From assembly GCA_964016885.1 (NCBI GenBank), contig OZ024740.1, positions 378,138,001-378,202,000 of the forward strand: DNA of 64,000 nucleotides, read 5' to 3'. The notes beneath the pieces are model-generated. The model saw only the letters and a list, made by a program, of their open reading frames with translations. It ran no database searches and was not told where the DNA came from. Shown in pieces: positions 1-56,390 of the stretch (position 1 is the stretch's first letter; each line of letters starts with the position of its first letter). This DNA comes from Eledone cirrhosa. Lineage: Eukaryota. A program made the translations under genes and the position numbers.

Positions 1-961
1 CAATCCCATTGAAGAAGCTTTCATCCTATTGGTAAAAAAAAGTCATCAACAGCAGATATGACATCATCACTGTGATACTGGTTCTCAGCCAAGTGTTTTT
101 TCATCTTGGAGAACAGATGGGGCTAAATCAGGAGAATAGGGAGGATGGGCAACCAGTTCAAAGCCACAGTCATGCACAGCAGCCATTGAAACCGAGAACT
201 TGTGTGCTGAAGCATTGTCCCGATGAAACAAGTCCTCATTCATCAGTTTTCCTGAGCACTTGGCCTTGGTAGCCTTTTATAACTGCCTTAGCAAGTTGGC
301 ATAGTACTTTCCATTGATGGTGTGGCCATTTTGAAAATAGTCAATAAACACAATGCCATTTGTGTCCCCAAAAACTGAGGCCATCACCTTCACTGTAGAT
401 GAAACAACTTGGCCTTCTTTGGAGTAGATGAGGAGGGTTGTTTTTACTGCATGGATTGATGAAGCCAACACTCCTCCTAGGTTAGGAAATGTTCAAGGAA
501 ACCAGCTGGATCTGCCTCAAACAATGTCAGATTTTCACATGATGTGATCAACCTGGTGCACTTTTGATCAGGTGTCAGAAGATGTGGCACCCATGCCAAG
601 TTCATTGTGCAGAATATTCTCAACTCTTTCATGGGATTTGCTGATAGCACTGGCTATTTGATTTATATTCAATCACCTGTCATCTATCACCATGTAGTGA
701 ACAAGATCAATGTTTTCCTTGGTGACAGTTGCAGGACGTCCAGACCTTGGGTCAGCTGCCCACTTTTTCACTGTTGATAACGCTGGAGCGTCATCCCTTA
801 ATGTAGCAACCATGTCAGCATGAATGTTCTTGGGGGCTAAGCCCTTTTTGTGCAGCATAGAACCGGGTGGCACCACTATGGGGATGGACATTCCAGTTGA
901 CCGCATCGAACCCCTCTCACAGCGGCACCACAGTTTGGGAGCTTGGGACTGGATGGCATCG

Positions 962-1021
<60 letters not shown>

Positions 1022-1334
1022 TGATTGTCTTGCTCGCAGTCCTATGCGAGCAAGACAATCACTCTTGCCTCAAGTGGGAATACCCACGTCCAAACCCATG
1101 CAAGCGTGGAACACGGACGTTAAACGTTGATGATGATGATGATACACACACCATTTTCAAGAGAAGTTTTTACTAGTTACTTTTGAAGTTTTCTTTGAAC
1201 TGTCACATGTCAGTTTACCTGGAAAGAAACAATGTAGTTATTAAGAAGAAGAGTTGAAATTAATGCATGCAAGATTTCACAGCTCTAACATGATTCCTTC
1301 ATAGTCAGCCTATGAACTTTTCAGCCCAACTTCA
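1..1334 (-). mobile_element. Degenerate mariner transposon (partial, runs off window start), interrupted at ~855-1148
   Basis: Minus-strand fragments KVMASVFGDTNGIVFIDYFQNGHTINGKYYANLL and LSTVKKWAADPRSGRP; colinear with the copy at 7775-9009; TIR at ~1304-1334 followed by TA. Confidence 0.9.
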
Positions 1335-2469
1335 TATATTTAAAGATATTTTTTGCTAACTCATTACAGGATGTTGAGAGATAACTAGCATACTCCATAC
1401 ATCACCCATACAAAATACTCATCATAAGAATTTGCACTTGTGTTCCTTGTCTGAGAGGAGTACACAACACATCCATTCTCCTCTGCAGTAACTTAAAAAA
1501 ATTTATTCTATTGCCATTTTCATCTTTTAGTTTTCTATACTTTCCACCTAGTTTCTTGGCATAGTCTTATGCTATCAATTCCAGCTGATTACTTCTTAAC
1601 ATAATTGGCCATTTGCTCTATTCACAGTACTGTCTAATGACCTTTGTGTTGTCTTATAGCTAACTGTCCTCACTCCTATATGAATTCTTAATTTTTGTTT
1701 CATTGTTTATGGTGCTATAAGGAATCGGGCTTTTATAGATGCATCGTTCAGTTCTTGAATCCTTCTTCTGGTTGGTATTCTTTGCCTTACATTCACTTCT
1801 TTCAACATGAAGTGACTTATCTTTAATCTTTATTAATATCTTTATAAGAGATAGTCTCTATGTACACAATGGTTTCTACCTCTCTTCCTAGTCTGGAAAA
1901 ACTTGATATTGATTTTACCTAGACCTCATTAACAGGTAATCAGTTTATACTTTGATTTCCTGAACTTACAGCAGATAAATTCATTTCCATTACAAAACTC
2001 TAAATTTATACCATTGGAATCTCTTGCTACAATTTCAACCTCCCTATTATGTAATTTTGATGGGTGACATCTGTTGAAATTGGAATGAAACAGATTTTTG
2101 ATATCCTGTAAATGTTGTGTAAATGCCAGGTGGAATTCTTAGTACAGGAAAACTTTAAGATTAAAGAGACCTTTTTGTGATTATATATAAAGATTGTTTG
2201 AATTAACATTTTAGTTTAGTTTACTATTAATTCACTTAAAACGTGATTATTTTTTGACAAACTAATATCTACACCTTTCATTAGTGATTCCTATGTTTAT
2301 GATGCTCATCAGATACTTAAATCAACTGCTGATTTAGTTAGGTGTTTATTTTTTAATTACTTTCTTAAAAATATCATTATCATCATCTTCATCGTCATCA
2401 TTTTACGTCCACTTTTCCCTGCTTGCAAGGGTGGGACAAGTCCATTTCAGCACGAACGCAGAGAGAGAG

Positions 2470-3245
2470 AAAGTGGTGTCATCCTGTCCGCAGCTACCAA
2501 ACAGTGGTTCCACTGTGAGAATGGTTAGATATGGCCAACTGGCCTGTCCCTCCCCATAGTGGTGCCACCCAGTTCCACACTGCAAACGTGGTTGTGATGC
2601 CCAAAATATGGTTACGATGTGAGAAGAGTTTGGCGTAGCCAATCGGCCTGTCCCTCTTCATAGCGGTGTCATCTAGTACCGGGCTCCAAAACTATGGTTC
2701 CGCTTAAGATGGGTTTGGCATGGCCAACTGGCCTGTCCCTCCTCATAGTAGTGCGATGCGGCATGTGAGTGGGGTTCAGCGCAGCCAACTGACCTGTCCT
2801 TTCTCATAGCAGTGCCATGCGGCACGGTCAACTGGCCTGTCCCTCTTCATTAGCGGCACCATCCAGTTCCAGGCTCCCGGACAGTGGTTCCGCTGTGAGA
2901 GGAGTTTGGAACGGTCAACTGGCCTGTTCCTCCTCATAGAGGTGCCACTCTGTACTGGGCTCCAAAATGATGGTTCTGCCATGAGATGGGTTTGGCACAG
3001 CCAACTGTCTAGTCCTCATAGTGGTGCCATGTTCCACTGTGAGAGGGGTTTGGCGCAGCCAACTGGCCTGTTCCACCTTGTAATGGTGCTATCCAGTACC
3101 GGGCTCCAAAACTATGGTCCGCTGTGAGATGAGTTTGGCATCCGGTGCCATCCGGTTATGGGTTCCAAAACCATTGGTTCCACTGTGAGATAGGTTCGGT
3201 GCAGCCATCTGGCCTGTCCCTCCTCATAACGGTGCCATCCAGCTC
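2470..3245. repeat. GC-rich minisatellite, ~80-85 bp degenerate unit
   Basis: Repeated gcggtgccatccag...ggttccgctgtgagatgggtttggc..gccaactggcctgtccctcctcata, roughly ten copies. Confidence 0.85.
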
Positions 3246-3901
3246 CACACTGTAAAGGTGGTTGGTGTTAGGAAGGGAGTCTAGCTGAAAAATCCCCGGC
3301 CAAATTTACAGTTCCGTCGGAGCAAGGTATGGCATGGCTAATTCTGGCCAGACTTGTCTCCTGATGTGGATGACCTATCCCATGCAAGTATGGAAAAATG
3401 AATGCTAAATGTTGATGAAATTTACATACATATATATCATTTTTCTGCTTGGAGAACTTGCAACTCAGTGATCTTAGATTGAAATTAAACACTTTAACTA
3501 GGCTCTGCTAGCTACTATTGCTGACCTCTGGCACAATACAAAATAACTATGGATAGTAACACTATTGCTTATTTTATTTTGTAATATTATATTAAATCCT
3601 AACACCCTGTTAGGATTTTGCAGAAAATGTTTTAAAACAGGTTCATTCAAATGCTTATAGTTGTAAAATTTGCAGTATTAAAGCAAAAGCTTTAATTTTG
3701 ATGCAGTTATAGTACAGTTTTATACTTTTTAAGAGTATCTTGCTAGTATGGTTTCATGTGGTACAGAATGTTAAGAATTAATATGTAGGATTGAAGGAAT
3801 CTAATTCTGGCTATAAAATGATTTTCACTGTTACATTTGAAATTTTACTGAACTTTTTTTTTTGAAATCTAATAATTTTGTATTATTAAACTTCATTTTA
3901 G

Positions 3902-4095
3902 TGCGGTGGATTGGCAGTAATGGAAGAGAGTCGGACGCCATGCTTTGCAGCATAGAGTTACGCCTCTTTATGGTCTGAGTTCAAATCCCGCTGAGGTTAA
4001 CTTTGCCCTTCATCCTTACGGGGTTGATAAAATAAAGTACCAGTAATGCACTGGGATAATTGCTGGCCTTGTGCCAAAAGTAGAAACAATTATTA
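3902..4095 (+). mobile_element. tRNA-derived SINE family 1
   Basis: A-box-like tggcagtaatgg, B box gagttcaaatcc, central motif ttcatccttacggggtNgataaaataaagtaccag, (ATT)n-like tail. Related copies at ~6255-6430(-), 14876-15068(-), 28870-29060(+), 54028-54148(+); more diverged at 44760-44945(-), 50253-50395(+). Confidence 0.85.
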
Positions 4096-4404
4096 AACTT
4101 CATTTTCATTCTGGCTTTTAATTATCTAAATAAACATTGAATCTATGTAGATAATTGATTTTACTGTATAAGTTTCTTTTTACTTTTAAATTTAGTTGGC
4201 TTTGTTTGAGTAGACAATGGCAATGAAGCACTTAAAGATGACCAATAAAGCCAAACATACTACATTCAGTGCAGAATTTTAAGTCTTTCAACTGTAGTCA
4301 CGTTATTGATCTTGGAAAAATTGAGTGTTATGTCAAGACCTGCAGCTTTGTAAGCTAGTGTGGTGACAACTATATTGTCTCTAGTGGTGTCCTATGAATC
4401 TTCA

Positions 4405-5700
4405 TAATTGTAATTCATCATTGTTATTTTATGTTTGTTTCTTTACCCTTGCATATGTGTTGGATAGGTTTTCTCTAGTAAAACATCTCACCATTTGTTG
4501 TGCACCTTTATCATTTACCTATGTCTTCCTCTGTCTTCTTCTGCAGGTTCATTCCATTTGAATCACATGGCACTTCTTCATTTAAATGTTAGCTTCCATA
4601 TACATGCTTCTCTTGAGTATACATCTGATTCCTCTTATACCCATTTTTTCCTTAATCTTGTTTGGGCCCTGTCTTTTATGCATGTTAAAATTACATAGCT
4701 AAAGGAGCATGTTAACTTAATTTCTTCTCATATCCCTAATGACCATATGGCTGTTAGCTTCAGTAGCTGATCCCTCTCTCATGTCTACTGTCCTTCTGTC
4801 CTGTAAGTAGTCTTTTCCATGTTTCTTCTTGGCATCAGTGAGGTGCAAATGTACTGTTATCATACTGACACACTGCTTTGAAATCCTTAATGTCTCATGC
4901 CTCTGGTCCACACTCCCAAAACATTGGCAAAACTGTTACTTTCTACTACTTTCTTTGCTAAGCATATCCAATATCTGTCCTCTTTTCTAGTTACCTGATG
5001 TTGTTCCTCGGCCCCCCTCCTCTTTCATTCTTTGCTTTCATAGCTCTAGTTACCATACTATTTCATCACCATGTTACCTTGTGTCAGATTGGAACTTTGC
5101 TCCATGCACATATCTGGTTTGTGGTTCTCAGCATGGTGTCTAATAAAAACTCAAATTTGTTTTTAATATTATAGGTATCTATCTTCTTCACCATCTTGAC
5201 ATACATTTCACCAAGTTCTTCTTTGACCCTACATATGGAATCTGTCAATTTCCATACTTTCTTTCTCCATATTGTCTTGTTTCAGGCCATCTAGTTCTTA
5301 CTCTGATGTCACTAATCACTAATCTATGTTGGCTTGTACATACTTCTCTAGGGAAAGACTTAGTGTTTACACTATTCACTTCCTGGTAAGTATGAAGTAT
5401 ATTTGACTTCAGTGTGCACCTGACAGGAAGATGAAAGTTTCTAGTGACATTTTGTTTGTGTGGTGTCTATTAAATACATCTGAATGGAAGAAAGTTAGTG
5501 TGATTGTCTGATGACAGTTGAGGAGTTCTCATACATGGCCAAATGTTACCACATGGCAACTCCACACCTGTGTACACCACTAACATGGTATTAGCCCTTT
5601 TTACACAATAAGGTCTTTCATTTATTGTGTATTGGTAAAATCCCAATGGAGAGGACTCACCATTGTGGAGCACCCAAACATGCATTATGCATGACCCTGA
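4405..5700 (-). mobile_element. Old, highly degenerate RTE LINE fragment
   Basis: Translated remnants QRHETLRISKQCV and LTDAKKK resemble RTE VFRIARQCV...LTDTDNK; RTE-like tail near 4410-4470; boundaries approximate. Confidence 0.55.
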
Positions 5701-7774
5701 TTTGTGGTCATCCTGAATCCCCTATTCTGTAAACACTATTTGTGTGTACTTTTACGTCTACAAAGTCTTGATGATGGTGATGAGTTCAGTTTGATATAGT
5801 AAGTTCATAGAATTATTAAAGGTTTCTTAGAAAACAAACAAACAAACAAAAAGCTTGTTTAGTCAGGGCTAAAAAAACATAATAGTAATATTGTTTTCTT
5901 GGAAAGGTGCAAGATTCAATATTTCTTGGAGAAGATTTTATTGAACCAATGCCATTATATTATTTATTGGCTTGGGAGGAGTGTAAAATAATGTAGAATC
6001 TGGCAGCCTGGCAAGGTTTGAATTAAAAAAAAGTCCATTATGTAACTAAATACTAGTGCTGTTGTTTTTGGCTTATTTTTGACTATCTTCATTACTTTTG
6101 TGATAGTTAAATTTTTCTAATTAATATTAATTGTGGCTATTTTGCATGACTGACATATGCTAAATTACTGAGTGCAGGAACTATAGTTTTTTCTTGTGCT
6201 AGTACTATGGAGCTTGAAAGAAATTAAAAGTATCTTACCATAGTAAAATGTATGGTAATAATTGTTTCTACTTTTGGCACAAGGCCAGCAATTATCCCAG
6301 TGCATTACTGGTACTTTATTTTATCGACCTCGTAAGGATGAAAGGCAAAGTTAACTTCGGCAGGATTTGAACTCAGATCATAAAGGGTTGTAACTCTTTG
6401 CTGCAAAGCATGGCGTCCGACTCTCTACCGATGTGGATTAGCTGAGATGGTAGTATGTATGAACCTGTAACTCCTGATGGAGTTGTAGGGGCACTGTAGT
6501 GACCTTTTGGGCATTTAAAACCTGGTGGTGCCCATCCCTCTCCAGTTCTGAATACAACTGATTTCTTCCAGAGAGTGAGAATGAGATATATTTGACAAAT
6601 CAACTGTAGTACTGGGCTGGTACTTTTAATTATTGACCTCAAAAGGCAAAGTTGAACTCATAGCACAGAGAGCTTGAATGAATACTGCAAAGCATTCTAT
6701 TGGACGTGCTAACAACTCTTCCAATTCACAGCCTATAGAGTTGGTGGAGCAGTGGATAAAAATGCCATGCAATATTTAGTTGTCTGTTCAACTTTGCTTT
6801 TCATCAAAGGTTGATAAAATATGCACCAATGATCTATCGGGATGATATAATTGATTATACTTCCCCTCCCCATATGTCAATGTAAGGCATTGTGGTCCAG
6901 TTAGAAATGAATGTTGCTATAGTAAAATAAATATTCTTTGGGAAGGTATGTTTGAAAGGATCCGTTAATATTTTGGAACAGTGAAAATTCTGAAAAATAA
7001 GGGCTGTAAAATCATTTGATATTTTGATACCTTTTGTAATATTTCTTAGCCTATCATGTGTTAAATTCATTTTGCCCCCCCCCCCCCCCCCCCCCCACAC
7101 ACACATTACATTTGATTGATTTAAGGTTTGTTCCTGGACACCATCGAGACTTTTCTATCTATTCTTGTGTATTGGCAAATGTTAAAATAATTACCGCTAA
7201 CTGAAATGTTAGACTTGATTAATTATTATATTATCCTCTCCTCTTAGAAATTGTTACGTCTAGCTGGCCTCATATGGCATTGCATGTTACTGGAGGTTTC
7301 TTTGGTGTTTTGCTGATAGGCTCCAGTCCTACCTTAACACAAATATAAAACATTAGTTTTCACCTTACTTTAACTCCTTGATCCAAAAATCTGTTACATG
7401 GCATTGTGTGTAGGCTGTGTAGCAGGGAAAATTTTGAGAAATGAAATTATAGCTTCTGAGGTTAAATGAAAATAATTATAAAGTATGAATCTTTAAATAT
7501 AGAATGTGTAAGTAAGTGGAAAAAAATGGGGATCATTAGAAAAAAAAAAATTCTAAACATATCAATAATTCCCAGCCTGGGTGACTGTGAGCTAAGGTCA
7601 ACATTTCAAGTTCTTTGTGAAAAAAAAATAAAAATTATTAAGTATAAACATTTCTTTCTTTCAATTGTTATTTTCACTGTATTGGGGAGGAAAATGATTG
7701 TAACAGTGGGTCCATGGGAAAATTAATTTATGTATAAAGAACTTTTGGTTGTGAAAAGGTTTGAAACTACTGTA

Positions 7775-9009
7775 TGGGGGTCAGCTGAAAAGTTCATAGG
7801 CTGACCAAGATACTCTCATGGAATGGGGCCAAATTATCTTTATTTTTCAACAGAGCCCCCCTTGCAATCCTCACACTTCTTCCATTAGTGTTGTAGTGCT
7901 TGGATCCCATATTGGTGAAGAAACTTTCATCCTGTTGGTAAAAAAAGTCATCAACAGCAGATATGACATCATCATCATCACTGCAATACTGGAGAACAGA
8001 TGGTAGTCAGATGGGGCCAAATCATGAGAATAGAGAGGGTGATCAACCCATTCAAAGCCACAGTCACACACAACAGCTATTGAAGCCAAGGACTTGTGTG
8101 CTGGAGCATTTTCCTGATGAAACAAGACCTCTTTCATCAGTTTTCTTGTCCATTTGGTCTTGATAGCCTTTCAGCAAATTAGCATAGTACTCTCCATTGA
8201 TGGTGTGGCTCTGTTGTAGGTAGTTAATAAACATAATGCCTTTTGCATCCCAAAAAACTGAAGTCATCACCTTCCCTGCAGATGAAACAACCTTGGCCTT
8301 GTTTGGAGTATGTGAGATGTTTCCACTGCATGGATTGTCTATTTGTCTCTGGCTCAAACACTCATCCTGTGTTAGGAAATATTCAAGGAAACCAGATAGA
8401 TCTGCCTCAAACAATGTCAAATTTTCCTATATGATCAACCTGGTGCACTTTTGACCAGGTGTCAGAAAACATGGCACCCACCGAGCAGAAACCTTCATCA
8501 TGCCAAGTTCATTGTGCAGAATATTCTTAACTCCTTTACAAGATATGCTAATAGCATTAGTTTTTGATTTATAGTCAATTGCCTGTTATCCATCACCATG
8601 TGGTGAACATGATCAATGTTTTCCTGTGGTGGCCATTGCAGGATGTCCAGACCTTCAGTCATCTTCAAGACTCTCTCTTCCCTTCCTAAATTCAGCTGCC
8701 CACTTTCACACTTAATAAAGTTGGAATGTAATCCTCTAATTTAGCAACCATGTCAGCATGAATATCTTTGGGGGATTAAACCCTTTTTCTGCAAGTACTT
8801 GATAACACCACAATGCCAAATTTTGTCCACTTTCAAGAGAAGTCGCCACTAGTTACTTTTGAAGTTTTCTTTGAACAATCAGATGTCAGTTTACTTGGAA
8901 AGAAACAATGTAGTTATTAAGAAGAAGAGTTGAAATTAAATCATGCAAGATTTCACAGCCTAACATCACACCTTCATAGTCAGCCTATGGACTTTTTAGC
9001 CCACCCTTG
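7775..9009 (-). mobile_element. Full-length degenerate mariner (Tc1/mariner) transposon with pseudogenised transposase
   Basis: Imperfect ~30 bp TIRs (gctgaaaagttcataggctgac / gtcagcctatggactttttagc), TA at both ends; motifs GKVMTSVFWDAKG, FHQENAPAH, HPLYSHDLAPSDYHLF (YSPDLAP-like); frameshifted. Confidence 0.93.
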
Positions 9010-12000
9010 TATATTCTTTTAGAATTGTAAGTAAAAGCTTGCTTGAGAGTTTTTCCTTCTGTGGCATATTCTATAACTTTAGTGAAGATGTGTGGTCCTG
9101 GGTTCATGACCATAGGTTTCTGGGTTCACTTTCTGGATCAGGCTGTGCATTGTGAACTTTATTTCATGTTGCTCCTTTTACCAATTGTTATGACTGACAG
9201 ATATCATCAGTAATGGGAAGACCAATTAAAACATTGTTGCCTTGATCCAATCTGAAGTTTGGCATTTTTCCAAAACTTTGAAGATATATAGTTCTTGTTT
9301 ATGAAAATCAGTTTGATTGTAAATGACAAAATTATGCGCTTAGATTTAATTCAGTTATTGTGTGACAAGAATTTTTATAATGTTGACATTACAATCATTA
9401 TACTACTGGCTGATGTGTGTGTGTGTGTGTAAAGGGATATAGCTTAGTAGCTACTGATGTGACACTGCATTGACAGAAAAATATTTTTATTAGTTAAAAA
9501 TTTGACTTTTAAACTCTTCAATGCAAATTTGGGTAGAGTATTTAGAAAAATTGTTCATATTAATATTTATTTGATTAATTTAATTTCCAAAGTAAATGAA
9601 ATGAATATTTTGACATAATTTATTACCCCTTTAAAAGAGATGGAAGAGAAGCAAAGTGTTGTGAGCAAGAAATATTTTGATGTGACAGGCAATGTTTAAA
9701 GTAAGTGGTGACATTTGTTTATGCCAGCTTAAACAATGTCCCCCAGCTTACTGGTTTGATGAACTTGAGCAATGTATGTGTGTGTGTGTGTGTGTGTGTC
9801 AAGTATGGATTGATGTCGGAAAGGGTATCCAGCTGTAGAAAAACTGCCTAAAAAAGTCTTATCCACCCAATGCTAGCAATGGAACATTAATTATATCTTA
9901 AATGGGTATGAAAACTAATACTAATAATTATCTTGTAATAATTTGATTAGTGAAAGTGCAACAGGATATATTAATTGACTTTCCCCTCCCCTTAAATTGT
10001 TGGCTTTGTGCCTAGATCAGAAACCATTATTAGGGCAATAGTTAACTCTTAACCTTCTGTGATGATTTAACAGAAAATATCAGTTTCTTTGCTAGTGGAC
10101 AAATTGTGAAATTTTGCAGTAAACTAAGACTTTGATTTTTAATTTGTTGCAATTATCATGCTGTTTTGTACTTTTCAAGAATGTCTTTCTAATGCAAATT
10201 TATGTGGACAGGATGTTAAGAGTTACTAGAAATGGTAATGCCAGGCCAAATACTTTTAGGTTTTGACAGTGTATGTTTTGATTTTAAATCCTTCTGGGAA
10301 TCAAATTTACTTTCCATCCATTCACCTAAGGGGGACAAAATAACTTTCACATGGAACTCTATCTCCGCATGTCTGAGGCTAAGTCCTACGTTATTCACAT
10401 CGGTAGTATTTTTGGTCCCCAGAAACAGTAAAATTGATTTTAAAGCATTCATAAATCTATGTTCTATGACTAAATTGATGTGGTTTTTGAAGCATCCAAT
10501 TTTTGCTTGTTTACTTTTTACAACTTAGCAGGCATTGAAATGTGTATGTATTCTCGTCATAGATTCTAATGAAGGCTGTAGCATTTTATAGCTGCATTTA
10601 TAAACTTTCTGAGATAGCATGTTGCAACTACTGATTGTCTGTGTCATCTGTTCCTACAAAGTTATTTGTCAGTGCCCTCTCTTCTCAGTGTTGATCTAAA
10701 GCAGCTATTAGCAAGGATTTAAAAAAATGTTTTCTTATAAATCTTTTTATGCATGACCAGATGTAAGATTTGTCTAACTTAAACAGTTTTTTTGGCCAAA
10801 AGTGCCAATTTTTTAGTCATTCTTTTTTTTTGATATTTTATTTTTATGGCTGATAAGCTTTACAAACTGGCTGACTTAACATCACATTAGTCACCTTGGA
10901 TGGAATTGACTCTTAATTTGATTAAAACTATATCTTGACATGCCACTTCCAACTGCACTTGAAAAAAGGCTATTTTCTAGCAGGTATAGGTGGAGAAGTC
11001 TTTTGAATAAAGGCTTGCTGCTATATATAGCAATCTAGGCTCATGTGTAACACCTTGGGAAGCTAATCTGCAGCTGGCACATAATCCTATATTATCTTTT
11101 TCTCCAGTTTGTAACTGATGCCTCTTGAAGCACAGGATTTCAAGAGGCTTTTCTGCAGCCATCATTTCTAATCAGGCTACTTAACATGAATCTCACTGGT
11201 TATCATCTTCCAAAATCTCACTGGTTATCATCTTCCCATCCGACAAAAAGACAACATGATATTGACATATATCAGGCATATAAACAGATCAGTTGGACAA
11301 TTATACTTCCTCTATGCGAACCTCCAGGGACTTCAGTCTATTCTTTTCTTAGACAAATCTACCACATAATTCTGCTGATTAGGCTACATGGTTCACTTAC
11401 CATCATACTTCAACCACTAAGCTCAAAACTTTGCAGTTTCTTCTTTCTGTTTTATCAACAGCCTCTGTTTTACTGAACTTGATATTTGTATACCCACTTT
11501 ACCCAGACCCACATACGTCCATATCCTTTATCGTGTCCCATTTTCCTGATCCCTTCACTAAATATTTTGTTCAGTTCATCTTCCCTATTACTATAACATT
11601 TTTCACATCCTACTTAGCTCATGCTTTTCCAGCAAATATTGACCTACAAATCTCCCTTAATCTCACTAACATATTTAGTCTTGTACTTAGATATTTATAT
11701 CTACAATTATAAAATTAAAATATTTCCCTAGTCAACATTGTCTTCCTCTGCATGTTAATATGCAATTTTTCTATGAGAATGAAATGTGCATTAACAGTTT
11801 TAAGAATTACATTTATTTCAATGGTGGGTTCACTATACTGATAAATATTTTAAACTCACTGCAAATGTAATTCACTCACTTTTTCACAGTCCATTGTTAA
11901 ACACTTCCAATTAAATTGAAATATTTTATTCATTATTCACATTAATCATTAAATAATCATTATTATTTCCAATTTGATTGCCACTTAGAACAAAGTTTCC

Positions 12001-12013
12001 ATTGTTTTTGTAG

Positions 12014-53947
<41,934 letters not shown>

Positions 53948-54191
53948 GTAAGAAATCATTGTTTTTCCATTTTTCTAGCTTGTATTATACTATTCTTTTC
54001 ATTATCTTTCATAGTTATGCCCCTAGTCATTCTGAGTTCAAATCGTGCCAAGGTTAACTTTGCCTTTCATCCTTACGGGGTCAATAAAATAAAGTACCAG
54101 TAATGTACTGGGTAATTGCTAGCCTTGTGCCAAACGTAGAAACAATTATCTTTCATAGCATCACTTAAAACATTTAAGTGCTGGCCAATAT

Positions 54192-54236
<45 letters not shown>

Positions 54237-56390
54237 GTGAGGACCAAAAACGTGAGGTGTTCAGGATTGCTAGACAATGTGTCAAGGAAAACCGTGATAT
54301 TGTTGGGGAGAAGTGTGTCCGTAATGATAATGGTGTACTTACCCTCACTGATACTGATAACAAGATAGCTTGGAAGTGTCACTACGAGAGACTATTAAAT
54401 GAGAATAAATGGGATAAAGATAGTCTGCCCCACATCGATCCAATAAAAGGACCAGCGGTGCAAGTTAAAGGTAGTATAATAAGTAAGGCAATCAAAGATA
54501 TGAAGACAGGCAAGGCTGGGCCTTCAGAGATAGTTGCTGAGATGTTGAAGGCATCTGGAATGGTGGGACATACTATGGTCACCCGTATAGTTAACCAAGT
54601 AATATAGAATGGAGTCATACCAAAAGACTGGTGTAGCAGCATCATCATTAACTGCTACAAGGGTAAAGGGGATGCTCTAGATAGGGGAAACTATAGAGAC
54701 ATTAAGTTAATTGACCAGGTCATGAAAGTCACAGAAAGAGTTATAGTGCAACTAATCAGAGAGCGAATTGATCTAGATGAAATGCAGTTTGGGTTTGTGT
54801 CAGGTAAAAGTACCACAGATGCTCTTTTCCTTGTACGACAACTACAGGAGAACTACCTAGCTAAAAGTAAACCCCTCTACTTAGCTTTTGTAGACCTGGA
54901 GAAAGCCTTTGACAGAGTCCCCCGCTCCATTATCTGGTGGGCTCTTAGAAAACTAGGTGTAGAAGAATGGCTTGTGAGAGCTATACAAACTATGTATAAA
55001 GAAACAGCCAGTGAGGTTAGAATTAACAATGAATATTGTGAAAAAGTTGGTGTTCATCAAGGCTCTGTCCTTAACCCCCTCCTATTTATTATTGCCCTTC
55101 AGGCTATAACAGAGGAGTTTAAGACCAGCTGCCCATGGGAACTCCTATATGCAGATGATCTAACTCTCATAGCTGAATCTATGGCTGAACTAGAGAAGAA
55201 ATTCCAAACATGGAAGCATGGCCTAGAATCAAAAGGCCTTAAAGTTAACTTGTCTAAGTTTGTAGAAAGGAAAATAGGGCACAGGTGCCCTCAGGGAAAT
55301 GGCCATGCTCAGTGTGTAGGAAAGGAGTAGGCAGAAATTCCATTTTATGTCCCAAATGCAAACTATGGGTTCATAAAAGATGTAGTGGGATCACAGATGA
55401 ACTATCTAAGAACATAGATTTTATATGTGGCCGATGCACATGTGCAATAAGTAGCAAGTGCCCAGAGGATACTAGCTCTTTCTATTGCCTAGATGGTTCT
55501 ATAGCAATGGTGGACACTTTCTGTTACCTGGGTGAAAAAATTAGCAGTGGTGGAGGGTGCTCTGAAAGTACAGTAGCCAGAGTCAGAACGGGATTGAAAA
55601 AGTTCAGAGAGCTTATACCGCTGTTGGTCACAAAAGGTTTCTCTCTGAAAATAAAAGGCAGATTGTATGATGCCTGTATACGAACAGCAATGCTACATGG
55701 CAGTGAGACATGGGCATTGTGTGCAGAGGACCCGCGCAGACAGGAAAGAAACGAAGCATGCATGCTCCGTTGGATGTGTAATATTAATATATGTAAACAG
55801 CAAAGCATAAATGAACTAAGTGAGAAATTAGGAATAAGAGGGATCAGATGCCATTTACTTCAGAGAAGACTATGTTGGTATGGTCACATCAGGCGCATGA
55901 AAGACGACAGCTGTATAAAAAAGTGCAGGCCCATCAAAATTGATGGTAGTTACGGAGTAGGTAGACCCAGAAAAACCTGGGACAATTTGATAAATTCTGA
56001 CCTTACACACTTGCACCTCTCTAAGACAATGTCACTGGACCGAGATCTTTGGCGCTACGCAGTAATACAGAAGACCCACCTTGCCTATGTACAAAGCGAA
56101 ACCTACAGTCAGTAGGCACCTTTTAACCAAATATACACCCCAATCCACTACCCCTACCCTATCCTCCCACTAACACCACCCTCTCTCTGTAAAGTTGGTA
56201 CCACAACATCCAGTCCAAATAAATGAGATAATGAGATCGAGATCGTGTAGGTGTCACAACAAAAAAACACACAGTCCACACTGTAATGTGGCCGTGTAAA
56301 AAGTTCCCAGTTCCATACTGTAAATGTGGTTGGTGTTAGGAAGGGCATCCAGCCGTAGATAACCTGCCAGGTAGTCCTATATGAGCAAAC
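54237..56390 (+). mobile_element. RTE LINE subfamily B, 5'-truncated and missing its terminal tail
   Basis: ORFs 54257-54607, 54722-55330, 55285-56115 (one stop, one frameshift) with RT motifs LLYADD and DLEKAFDRV; starts directly after (CA)n(TA)n. Confidence 0.95.

Noticed and set aside
2470-3245. CRISPR-like periodic repeat
   Set aside because: Whole units are degenerate tandem copies with no unique spacers; eukaryotic context and no cas genes.
10216-11740. Short ORFs possibly from an old transposon
   Set aside because: No motif I can recognise; cannot be assigned without a search.
1-12013. USP47 first exon or promoter
   Set aside because: No convincing upstream exon found; it may lie before the window, or the ATG at 12023 may be the start.
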